A stretch of 64,000 nucleotides of DNA from Vicinamibacteria bacterium. Lineage in GTDB: Bacteria; Acidobacteriota; Vicinamibacteria; Marinacidobacterales; Marinacidobacteraceae. This document shows positions 1 to 10,331 of the stretch, one piece after another (the stretch's first letter is position 1; each line of letters starts with the position of its first letter). The DNA lies in contig OZ219815.1 in the NCBI GenBank assembly GCA_964291235.2, positions 96,001 to 160,000 on the forward strand. Direction: 5' to 3'. Position numbers and translations under genes: made by a program. The notes beneath the pieces were generated by a model, which was given only the letters and a program-made list of their open reading frames with translations, did not search any database and was not told where the DNA came from.

Positions 1-602
1 ACGAACTCGGTGTCCGTGAGCCGCTGACCCAGTTCTTTCGCGAACGCCTCGTCTCCGGTGGCGAGGGCGACGGGAACCCCGTGGTGCGCGGCGAGCATGG
101 CGTTCATGTCCCCTTCCCCGGCCGGTTCGCCGCCCACCCGAATCTCGCGGATCGATGCGCCCGATCCGGTGTGGGCCATCAGCCCGTCGGGGTTCCCGGC
201 CCGCGCGTGGTAGCCGATGAAGAAGACGGCGTCGAAGTCGCCGTCGATGCCCTGCATCATGCCGAAGGGCTTCGAGTTGTGGCTGATCAGCCGCGCCGGG
301 GGCAGCATCGCTTCCACGCGGATGTTCCGCATGCTGCCGTGGCTGTCGTTGACCAGGATCTCGGTAGCGCCGGCGTCGAGGGCGCCCTGAATGGCAGCGT
401 TCAGATCACCCATCATCAGGTCGCGGCCCCGCCCGTACTCGGCGCCGGACGCCGAGGTCATTTCGGAGTGGGCGATGCCGCTGAGCCCCTCCATGTCCAC
501 CGAGATGAACACCCGCGGACCGCCACCCTGGGCGGACGCGGCGGTGGCCCAGAGCGCCGCGAGAAAGACGAGTCCGAACCGGCGCCCCGCGCGCGAGTGC
601 AT
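1..602 (-). CDS. dppA: M55 family D-aminopeptidase (DppA-like) with N-terminal signal peptide; 3' end runs off the window
   Basis: Manual translation from ATG at 602: MHSRAGRRFGLVFLAALWATAASAQGGGPRVFISVDMEGLSG...VNDSHGSMRN...FIGYHARAG...MAHT, M55 motifs. Absent from the ORF track because it is open-ended. TGATG overlap with the upstream gene. Confidence 0.85.
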   Translation of the reverse strand, partial: MHSRAGRRFGLVFLAALWATAASAQGGGPRVFISVDMEGLSGIAHSEMTSASGAEYGRGRDLMMGDLNAAIQGALDAGATEILVNDSHGSMRNIRVEAMLPPARLISHNSKPFGMMQGIDGDFDAVFFIGYHARAGNPDGLMAHTGSGASIREIRVGGEPAGEGDMNAMLAAHHGVPVALATGDEAFAKELGQRLTDTEF

Positions 603-1558
603 CAGGATCCGGGATTGCGCAACTGGTCGAGGATTTCCTGCACCATGACCGACTGGGCGCCGTCGGGTTCGATCTCAAGGTAGCGCTCGAACGCGGCGAT
701 CGCTCCTTCGCGATCCTCCTGCCGGGCTTTCGCCATCCCGATCTGCAGGTGTGCCGGCGCGAACTCGGGGTCGGCCGCCGCCGCCTTCTCGTAGAACTCG
801 TCGGCGGTCTCGATCCTGTCGGCGTTGCTCGCGTACACGGCGTAGTTGAAGAGGTTCACCGCGTTGCCTTCAACCAGCTCCATGGCCCGGTCGAAGGCGG
901 CAAGCGCCTGGTCCCACTCTTTCTGCCGCCCGTGCAGATCCGCAACCGCCATGAGCGCTTCGAGCATCGAGTCGTCGAGTTCATACGCCTTCTCGTAGGC
1001 GGCAATCGCGGCAGGGAAGTCCGGGAGCTGCTCGTAGGCCGCCGCAAGGTTGAAGTGCGCCGGGCCCGAATTGGGGACCAGTTCGAGGAAGCCGTTGAAC
1101 TCCGTCACCGCGGTCCCGAAATCGCCGAGCTCGAACGCATCCTGGGCCGCCTGAAGGTGTCCGTCAGCGCGGTCGGCCTGCGCCTGGCTGAGGACGCCCT
1201 CGGGTAGTGGATGGAGCGTCTCGTTGATGAAGCTCTGCCCCCCGTTGCTCACCGTCACCATCGCCTGGAGCGGTTCCCAGCCCTCGAGTTCGAAGGCAAC
1301 CCGGTACATCTGCACCGGAATGCCGGCCCGGATGAACTCCCCCTTGTCGTTGGTCTCGGTTTCGATCGAACGGCCACCACCGTCCATCAGCACGATCGAA
1401 ACCTGCACCCCGGGAACCGGGTTGCCGTCGGGATCGGTGATCTTTCCGCGAATGGCGCCCCGCTGCGCAAGCGCCGGCGCCACGGTGAGAAGCAACAGCG
1501 CGACCGCAAGAACGCCCGACAGGGCAAGCCGGCCGCGGCCCAAATCAACACTCTGCAC
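602..1558 (-). CDS. Exported carboxypeptidase-regulatory-like domain plus TPR repeat protein
   Basis: C-terminal part of ORF 602..3343. GTG at 1558 follows GGGAGG. Signal peptide ending ALA-Q, then GAIRGKITDPDGNPVPGV and TPR-like repeats (AHFNLAAAY, AHLQIGMA). Confidence 0.8.
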   Translation of the reverse strand: MQSVDLGRGRLALSGVLAVALLLLTVAPALAQRGAIRGKITDPDGNPVPGVQVSIVLMDGGGRSIETETNDKGEFIRAGIPVQMYRVAFELEGWEPLQAMVTVSNGGQSFINETLHPLPEGVLSQAQADRADGHLQAAQDAFELGDFGTAVTEFNGFLELVPNSGPAHFNLAAAYEQLPDFPAAIAAYEKAYELDDSMLEALMAVADLHGRQKEWDQALAAFDRAMELVEGNAVNLFNYAVYASNADRIETADEFYEKAAAADPEFAPAHLQIGMAKARQEDREGAIAAFERYLEIEPDGAQSVMVQEILDQLRNPGS

Positions 1559-1684
1559 GATGAATTCCTCCCGGCGCCGCCCGAAACAGGGCGATGAGTT
1601 TAGCAGCCGATCCTGCAGTCGGTCCCACGGCGGGGGCGCCGCCGGATCGGCGCGCACCGCCGCGAATCCGCCATAATCCGGGCC

Positions 1685-2944
1685 ATGGCGAAAAAACCGG
1701 AGAACCGCGAGCTTCCCTCGCGCCGCGCATTGCTGGCGGGGGTGGTCGGAACCGCCGCGGTGGGCGCCGGAGCGCTGGCGAGCGCACAACACGAGGAGAC
1801 CTCCAGGCCTCGGCCCCGGGCCCCCGAGGACCCCACCAAGATGCAGGGCCTGGTGCCGCGTCCGCTCGGGGAGCGCTCGGCATTCGAGACCCCGCGGCGG
1901 CTGGTCCGGGTACTGGAACCATCCTCTTCTTCCCGCACCCCGCTCCAGTATCTCCAGGGGATCGTGACCCCCGCCGATCTGCATTTCGAGCGCCATCACG
2001 CCGGGATTCCGAACATCGATCCGGAGCGCTACGAGCTGCTGATCCACGGGATGGTGGACCGGCCGAGGACTTTCACCCTGGCCGACCTGAAGCGGTTCCC
2101 CGCCGAATCGAAACTGCGATTCCTCGAATGCTCCGGGAACGGCGGAACCGCCTTCCAGAACCAGGGCCGTTTCCCGAACATGAGCCCCCAGGAAATGGAC
2201 GGCCTCACCAGCACCAGTGAGTGGACCGGGGTGCCCCTGAAGCTCCTGTTCCGCGAGGTGGGGGCGCGCCCCGAGGCCACCTGGTTCCTCGCCGAGGCGA
2301 TGGACGCCGCGGTCATGACCCGCTCCGTCCCGATGGAGAAGGCGTGGGACGACGCCATCGTCGCCTACGCCCAGAACGGAGAACCCCTGCGGCCCGAGCA
2401 GGGGTATCCGGCGCGGCTCTTCCTGCCGGGGTGGGAAGGAAACGCCAGCATCAAGTGGTTGCGCCGGCTGGAGCTTTCCGACCGGCCGTTCATGACCCGC
2501 GAGGAAACCTCCAAGTACACGGACCCCCTCCCCGGAGAGAAGGCGCGGATGTTCAGCTTCGCCATGGACGCGAAGTCGCTGCTCACGTTCCCGACCTTCC
2601 CGGAGCGCCTCGACGGACCCGGTTGGTGGGAGATCCGCGGAATCGCATGGACCGGCCGGGGCAGGATCACCCGGGTCGAGATTTCGACCGACGGCGGCGA
2701 CACCTGGGAGGACGCCGAACTCCAGGAACCCGTGCTCCCGAAGTGCCACGTCCGTTTCCGCAAGCTCTGGAACTGGAACGGCCGCCGCGCCACCCTGATG
2801 AGCCGGGCCACCGACGAGACCGGGTACGTCCAGCCGACCCGGGAAGCGTTGCGTCAGGCCCGCGGTTCTTACACGCGCTACCACTTCAACCAAATCCGCC
2901 CCTGGCGCGTGGAACCCGACGGGCGAGTCTTCTTTGCCGACTGA
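1685..2944 (+). CDS. soxC: Sulfite dehydrogenase/SoxC-type molybdopterin oxidoreductase, Tat-exported
   Basis: Tat motif SRRALLAG; HFERHHAG, ECSGN (Mo-ligating Cys), EQGYPARL, IKWLRR. Confidence 0.88.
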   Translation: MAKKPENRELPSRRALLAGVVGTAAVGAGALASAQHEETSRPRPRAPEDPTKMQGLVPRPLGERSAFETPRRLVRVLEPSSSSRTPLQYLQGIVTPADLHFERHHAGIPNIDPERYELLIHGMVDRPRTFTLADLKRFPAESKLRFLECSGNGGTAFQNQGRFPNMSPQEMDGLTSTSEWTGVPLKLLFREVGARPEATWFLAEAMDAAVMTRSVPMEKAWDDAIVAYAQNGEPLRPEQGYPARLFLPGWEGNASIKWLRRLELSDRPFMTREETSKYTDPLPGEKARMFSFAMDAKSLLTFPTFPERLDGPGWWEIRGIAWTGRGRITRVEISTDGGDTWEDAELQEPVLPKCHVRFRKLWNWNGRRATLMSRATDETGYVQPTREALRQARGSYTRYHFNQIRPWRVEPDGRVFFAD

Positions 2945-3008
2945 CGGCTCGCGGGGAGGGGACACCCCTCCCCGCGCCCCTCCCCGGCGGCGCTGCGCGC
3001 CGCCGGCC

Positions 3009-3770
3009 GTGGCCGACCGGCGTCCGCCAGTAATCTGGGTGACGGCCGCGGGAGCCGCGCTACTCCTGCTGGTTACCGGCTGCGCTCCGGAACGGGACGA
3101 GCCGGAGTCCGTCCCGCCGGCTCCCTCAGAGACCGGGGCTGTCCCGGAGGCTGCCCCCGGGAGCGGGGCCGTTCCGCCGCGTCCGGAACTCCATCCCACC
3201 ATGCCCGGGCTCCTCAACGAAGCGGAAATGGAAGAACTGCGACAGGCCCGCGAGCGCGGCCTCACGGACATCGGCCATCTTCCCGAGTTCGGTTTCGGGG
3301 AGCCGGCGAGTCCGGAGCGGATCGCCGCCTGGGACATCGACATCGGCCCGGACGGCGAGGGGCTCCCGGCCGGCAGCGGGTCGGTGGAACGCGGCGAAAC
3401 GCTCTACCGGTTGCAGTGCGTCCAGTGCCACGGCGGCCGGGGCGAGGGCGCCGAGTTCGAAGCGCTGGCCGGCCGGGTCCCCGGCGACCGCTTCCCGTTC
3501 TCCGAGGATCGGCGATACCGGATCACGGTAGGCAGCTACTGGCCCTACGCCACCACGCTGTTCGACTACATCCGGCGCGCCATGCCGCAGGCGGCGCCCG
3601 GCACCCTGCCCCCCGACGACGTGTACGCCCTGACCGCGTTCATCCTCCAACTGAATGGAATCCTCGAGCCGGGAGACTCGCTCGACGCCGACTCGCTGCC
3701 CCGGATCCGGATGCCCTCCCGCGACCGCTTTGTACGGGACGACCGGCGTGGCGGGCCCGAGGTGCGATGA
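3009..3770 (+). CDS. SoxD-like monoheme cytochrome c, probable lipoprotein (start uncertain, 2934-3039)
   Basis: CVQCH heme motif, WDIDIGPDGEGLP and TVGSYWPYATTLFDYIRRAMP signatures, lipobox-like VTGC, directly after soxC. Confidence 0.8.
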   Translation: MADRRPPVIWVTAAGAALLLLVTGCAPERDEPESVPPAPSETGAVPEAAPGSGAVPPRPELHPTMPGLLNEAEMEELRQARERGLTDIGHLPEFGFGEPASPERIAAWDIDIGPDGEGLPAGSGSVERGETLYRLQCVQCHGGRGEGAEFEALAGRVPGDRFPFSEDRRYRITVGSYWPYATTLFDYIRRAMPQAAPGTLPPDDVYALTAFILQLNGILEPGDSLDADSLPRIRMPSRDRFVRDDRRGGPEVR

Positions 3771-5509
3771 CCGGCGGGAAATCCCCGGAGGGTGACGGGG
3801 AAACGATGAAGGAACCGGGCTCCGCGCCCGGGACCACCCCGCCGCCCGACTTCATCCGGGCCATCGTGGTCGCCGACCGGTCCGCCGGGAAGCACGACGG
3901 TCGGGTGGGGACCCGCTTCCCTCCGGAGCCGAACGGCTTTCTCCACATCGGGCACGCCAAGTCCATCGTCCTCAACTTCGGGGTGGCGGCAGAAAACGGG
4001 GGAACCTGCAACCTCCGCTACGACGACACGAACCCGGCGAAAGAGGAGACGCTCTACGTGGAGTCCATCGCCGCGGATGTCCGCTGGCTGGGCTACCTTT
4101 GGGAAGGGCCGCGCAAGTTCGCTTCCGACTATTTCGACCGCCTCTACGGGTTCGCCGAAACGCTGATCCGCCGCGGCAAGGCGTACGTGGACAGCCTGAG
4201 CGCCGACGAGGTCCGGCAGACCCGCGGGACGCTCGAATCCCCCGGCAGCGAGAGTCCGTACCGGAACCGCACCGTCGAGGAAAACCTCGACCTCTTCCGG
4301 CGCATGCGAGCGGGCGAGTTTCCCGACGGCGCCCACGTGTTGCGGGCCCGGATCGACATGGCCTCCCCCAACCTGAACCTCCGGGATCCGACGCTCTACC
4401 GCATCCGCCGGATGCGTCACCACCGGACGGGCGACGACTGGTGCATCTACCCGATGTACGACTTCGCGCACGCGCTCTCGGATGCCATCGAGGGGATCAC
4501 CCACTCGCTGTGCACCCTGGAGTTCGAAGACCACCGTCCGCTCTACGACTGGTGCGTCGCCGAGAGCCGGGCCGATTTCGTCCCGCGGCAAATCGAGTTC
4601 GCGCGCCTGAACGTGAGCTACACGGTGCTCAGCAAGCGCCGGCTGCTGCGGCTCGTTTCCGGGGGGGCGGTTTCGGGATGGGACGACCCGCGGATGCCAA
4701 CCATCGCCGGGCTGCGCCGGCGAGGCGTCCCGCCGGCGGCCATCCGGAACTTCTGCGAGCGCGTCGGAGTCGCCAAGCGGGACAGCACCGTGGACATCGC
4801 GCTCCTCGAACACGCCGTCCGGGAAGAGCTCAACCGGACGAGCCCGCGGCTAATGGGAGTTCTCGATCCGGTCCGGCTGGTGATCGAGAACTATCCCGAA
4901 GACGCGGAAGAGACGTTCGAGGCGGTCAACAACCCCGAGGATCCGACGGCCGGGACGCGACGGGTGCCGTTTTGCCGGGAACTGCTGATCGAGCGCGCCG
5001 ACTTCCTGGAGGATCCGCCCCGGAAGTTCTACCGGCTGGCCCCGGGGCGCGAAGTGAGGCTCCGCTACGCCTTCCTGGTGACCTGCACGGATTTTTCCAG
5101 GGACGCGGACGGGCGGGTGCGGGAAATCCGCTGCCGCCTCGATCCCGAGAGCCGGGGAGGAGACGCCCCGGACGGGCGGCGCGTCCGGGCCACGCTCCAC
5201 TGGGTTTCGGCCCGCCACGCCGTCCCCGCCGCGGTGCGGCTCTACGACCGGCTGTTCCACGTGGAAGAGCCGGGACGGGATCGGGATTTCCTCGAGGATC
5301 TCAATCCCGATTCGATACGGGTGAACCAGGACGCGCGCATCGAACCGGCGGTCCGCGCCCTGAACCCCGGCCAGCGCATCCAGTTGGAGCGGCTCGGGTA
5401 CTTCGTCGCGGACGCCGAGGACCACGTGCCGGAAAGTCCCGTCCTGAACCGGACCGTGAGCCTCCGGGACACCTGGGCCCGGATCATGAGGCGGGGCCAC
5501 CGCTCCTGA
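3767..5509 (+). CDS. glnS: Glutamine--tRNA ligase
   Basis: TRFPPEPNGFLHIGH, LCTLEFEDHRPLYDW, LSKR, WDDPRMPT. ATGA overlap with the cytochrome stop; alternative ATG at 3806. Confidence 0.95.
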   Translation: MTGGKSPEGDGETMKEPGSAPGTTPPPDFIRAIVVADRSAGKHDGRVGTRFPPEPNGFLHIGHAKSIVLNFGVAAENGGTCNLRYDDTNPAKEETLYVESIAADVRWLGYLWEGPRKFASDYFDRLYGFAETLIRRGKAYVDSLSADEVRQTRGTLESPGSESPYRNRTVEENLDLFRRMRAGEFPDGAHVLRARIDMASPNLNLRDPTLYRIRRMRHHRTGDDWCIYPMYDFAHALSDAIEGITHSLCTLEFEDHRPLYDWCVAESRADFVPRQIEFARLNVSYTVLSKRRLLRLVSGGAVSGWDDPRMPTIAGLRRRGVPPAAIRNFCERVGVAKRDSTVDIALLEHAVREELNRTSPRLMGVLDPVRLVIENYPEDAEETFEAVNNPEDPTAGTRRVPFCRELLIERADFLEDPPRKFYRLAPGREVRLRYAFLVTCTDFSRDADGRVREIRCRLDPESRGGDAPDGRRVRATLHWVSARHAVPAAVRLYDRLFHVEEPGRDRDFLEDLNPDSIRVNQDARIEPAVRALNPGQRIQLERLGYFVADAEDHVPESPVLNRTVSLRDTWARIMRRGHRS

Positions 5510-5542
5510 CCACGTAGGATTGCCCGCCGGAGGTTCCCCCTC

Positions 5543-7240
<1,698 letters not shown>

Positions 7241-7354
7241 GGGGCCGCGCCGGCATCCCCCTACGGGTACGCCGCTCCTCCGTTTCCTGCCGCCCGGGAT
7301 TTGTCATGCTTCGGACATCCTGAGCATGAGGAATCCGGGCTAGCCTTCCGAGAC

Positions 7355-9547
7355 ATGTTCCACCGCTGGATTTCCGCCCTGCTGCGGACCCCGGCGTACC
7401 GGATGAGCGGGCTGGCGCCCGCGGCGCTGGCGGCCTGTATCGCCGCCACGACCCCGCATGCCGCCTGGGGGCAGGCCGCAACCGAGCGGGAGAGCGGTTC
7501 CGACGAAGAACAGGCCGACGAAGAGCAGCCCGATAGCGACGAGGCGAAGCCGGAGCTTCCGGTCATCCGGGAGACCGTGGTGGTCACTGCCTCCGGCGCC
7601 GATCATCCGCTGCTGACGGCGCCCGCGGCCATCGCGGTGCGCACCGAGGAGGAGCTGGCTGCGGAGGCCGCCCGCAGCTTCACGGATCTCTTCGAAGGGG
7701 TTCCGGGAATCTCGATCCAGGGAAATGCGCGCCGGATCACCGAAGCTCCCAACATCCGGGGGTTCGCCGACCAGCAGGTGGTCGTCCGCCAGGACGGAGG
7801 AAGACAGAATTTCAACGCCGCGCACGGCGGGCGGTTCTTCACCGACCCGGACCTGCTGCAGCGGGTCGAGGTGCTGCGCGGCGCCAACTCGGCCGTCTTC
7901 GGAAGCGGGGCCCTGGGCGGCGTGGTTTCGCTCACCACCCGGAGCGCCCGGGATCTGCTGGAGACGGGCGAGGAGTTCGGCGGCCGGTACCGGGTCGGCT
8001 ACCAGTCGAACGGAGGGGATCTCACCCAGTCGTTCTCGGGATTCGCCGCGGGGGAGACCTTCGACGCTCTCGTCAATTTCGGGCTCGGGGGAACCCGGGC
8101 TCCGATTCGGGACGGCAACGGCGACGCGATTCCGAACACCGAGGACGAACTGCGGAACGGGCTCGTGAAACTGGGCTGGACGCCCGGCGCCACGACCCGC
8201 TGGGAATTCTCCTGGCAGGGCTTCGACAACCAGGCGGCGGAACCCACGAACGCCAACGATCTCACCGGGACGCTGGTGGACCGGGATACGGGCTTCGAGG
8301 CGCTCCGGGCCAGCTTCCGGACCCGTTCGGAGACCTCCGAGTGGCTCGACCTCTCCGTCCTCGGGTACCGCAACGAGGTGAACGTCGGGGAAGACATGCG
8401 GATCCGGACCCGCCGGGACGACACCGCGTTCGAGACCACCGGTCTCGAGGCCCACAACAGCTCCCGGTTCCGCTGGGGCAACTCGGTGCGCCTCACCCTG
8501 AATCTCGGCGCCGAGACGTATCGGGACCGGCAATCGGGCACTCGGGACGGGGCTCCCCGGCTGCAGTTCCCCGATGCGGAAGCCTCGTATCTCGGCGCCT
8601 TCTTCTACGGTGAAGCCGAGGTCCGCGACCGGCTGCAATTGGCCGTTGGCCTGCGGCGCGATCACTGGCGGATTCGGGCGGACCGCTTCGCCGCCCGCGA
8701 CGAAGGCGATTTCTCGCCGCGCGCCACCGTCGGGTACCGGCTCGGCGACACCGCCTTCGCCTGGGTCGGTGCATCCCGGGGTTTCCGGGTGCCGAGCCTG
8801 ACCGAGCTCTTCGCGGACGGCCTGCACTTCCAGTTCCCGGTGGGCACGGGGATCGACGTCCTCAATCGGTTCCGGCCGAATCCGACGCTGGCCGCGGAAC
8901 GCGGCACTTCCTGGGAGGCCGGATTTCGCGGCGGTCGGGGATCTCTCTCGCTCGAGACCACCTGCTTCGACCAGACGGTGGCCGACTACGTGGACCAGAT
9001 CGTCGTGGTGGCCGATCCGAACCTCGATCTGGAGGTGGATCCGATTACCGGGAGAACGATCATCCGGGGATTCACCTACAACGCGTCGCTCGACGCCCGC
9101 CTCCGCGGCTGCGAGGCGGCCGGGCTGCTCGAACGGCCCCGATTCCGGATGCGGGCGACCGGTTCGGTTCTAGACACCAAGAACGTAGCCACCGGCAACC
9201 CACTGGGGCGGGCGCCGGCCAACGCGCTCTACCTGATGGCGAGCGGCCGCATTCCGAGCCTTGACGTCGAAATCGGCGGCCGGGCGACGCTCACCGGCAG
9301 CCGGACCCGTGGTCTGGCCGCGAGCCGGACTTCGGACCCGGGCGCCGACGCGGAGGCGCCCTCCTACCGGGTGCTCGACCTCTTCTTCCGGTTCACGCCG
9401 GACAGCGGGCCGCTCGCCGGCGTGGACTGGACGCTGGCGCTGAACAACCTGATGGACGAGTACTACGCGATCTTCCCGGCAGTGGTGCCCCAGCCGGGGC
9501 GGAGTCTCCGGGTGTCCGCCGCCTACCGCTTCGGAACCTCGCGGTAG
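7355..9547 (+). CDS. TonB-dependent receptor, heme/hemoglobin receptor-like (start uncertain)
   Basis: TonB box ETVVVTA, plug NIRG and RVEVLRGANS, RQNFNAAHGGRFF, FRVP and NPTL variants of the FRAP/NPNL motifs. Confidence 0.85.
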   Translation: MFHRWISALLRTPAYRMSGLAPAALAACIAATTPHAAWGQAATERESGSDEEQADEEQPDSDEAKPELPVIRETVVVTASGADHPLLTAPAAIAVRTEEELAAEAARSFTDLFEGVPGISIQGNARRITEAPNIRGFADQQVVVRQDGGRQNFNAAHGGRFFTDPDLLQRVEVLRGANSAVFGSGALGGVVSLTTRSARDLLETGEEFGGRYRVGYQSNGGDLTQSFSGFAAGETFDALVNFGLGGTRAPIRDGNGDAIPNTEDELRNGLVKLGWTPGATTRWEFSWQGFDNQAAEPTNANDLTGTLVDRDTGFEALRASFRTRSETSEWLDLSVLGYRNEVNVGEDMRIRTRRDDTAFETTGLEAHNSSRFRWGNSVRLTLNLGAETYRDRQSGTRDGAPRLQFPDAEASYLGAFFYGEAEVRDRLQLAVGLRRDHWRIRADRFAARDEGDFSPRATVGYRLGDTAFAWVGASRGFRVPSLTELFADGLHFQFPVGTGIDVLNRFRPNPTLAAERGTSWEAGFRGGRGSLSLETTCFDQTVADYVDQIVVVADPNLDLEVDPITGRTIIRGFTYNASLDARLRGCEAAGLLERPRFRMRATGSVLDTKNVATGNPLGRAPANALYLMASGRIPSLDVEIGGRATLTGSRTRGLAASRTSDPGADAEAPSYRVLDLFFRFTPDSGPLAGVDWTLALNNLMDEYYAIFPAVVPQPGRSLRVSAAYRFGTSR

Positions 9548-9576
9548 GAGCCAGGAACGCCGGCCGGCGCTCCTAC
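9544..9576. repeat. REP-derived hairpin between convergent genes
   Basis: GTAGGAGC...GCTCCTAC inverted repeat whose arms contain both convergent TAG stop codons; same family as 12388, 48701, 54399 and 63208. Confidence 0.6.
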
Positions 9577-10331
9577 GGCCGGGGGCCTTCCACGGCAAGG
9601 AAGGCGCTTTCCGAGTCGAGCATGCCCTGGTCGGTGAACCAGTCGGTCCAGAAACGCCGTAGCGCGGCCTCGTCCACCAGGCCGTCCCGACTCGGAGGGA
9701 GCTGGAGAACCATCAAGCGCGCGCCCGCGAGACCCCGACTGCTGACCTCCCGATAGAGGGACGTCCCCCGGAAGGCCTCGAAGTCGGGGATTCCCCGATA
9801 GAAGTTGATTCCCGAATTCTGCATGAGATCCGAGACCAGGACGAGATGTGAATCCGACCCCGGGGCGTCCCGAAAACGGCGGGCGGCCGACTGGACCGCC
9901 TGCAGGATGGCGGAGGAGTCGCTGGGACCGGCCCGGGACATCGAGCCCAGGGCGTCGCGGAGCGGCCGCAGGTAGAGCGGGGCCCACTGCGCGGCCCGCT
10001 GGTCGGGGTTGTCGTTCCAGTGGCTCACCTCGCAGGGATGCGGCGGCCGCCGGACGGCCGCCACCTCCCGCACTCCCCCCGGCGCCTCGGAGCGCACCTC
10101 GTAGAGATGGAAGACCGATCCCGCCGGCGCCCCTTCGGCCAGCGGCCGAATCCGGCTCCACATGTCCTCCCGCTGGGGGCGCGAGAGACCGTCGGTGGCG
10201 TCCATCACCACGGCAACGGTCTGCGGCGCCAGGTTCTCCGGCCAACCGGCGCATGGATCGGCTTCCCGGGCGCACCCGGCGAGGGGAAGAACGGAGGCCG
10301 CCAGCAACGCGGCGACCGCGCGCGCCGTCAA
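9573..10331 (-). CDS. Hypothetical lipoprotein with vWA-like fold
   Basis: TTG start overlapping the upstream TGA; lipobox LAGC; VVMDATD and LVLVSDLMQN resemble MIDAS elements. Confidence 0.65.
   Translation of the reverse strand: MTARAVAALLAASVLPLAGCAREADPCAGWPENLAPQTVAVVMDATDGLSRPQREDMWSRIRPLAEGAPAGSVFHLYEVRSEAPGGVREVAAVRRPPHPCEVSHWNDNPDQRAAQWAPLYLRPLRDALGSMSRAGPSDSSAILQAVQSAARRFRDAPGSDSHLVLVSDLMQNSGINFYRGIPDFEAFRGTSLYREVSSRGLAGARLMVLQLPPSRDGLVDEAALRRFWTDWFTDQGMLDSESAFLAVEGPRP

Noticed and set aside
1559-3343. N-terminal part of the 913-aa minus-strand ORF
   Set aside because: Antisense shadow of soxC and the cytochrome gene; the real gene starts at GTG 1558.
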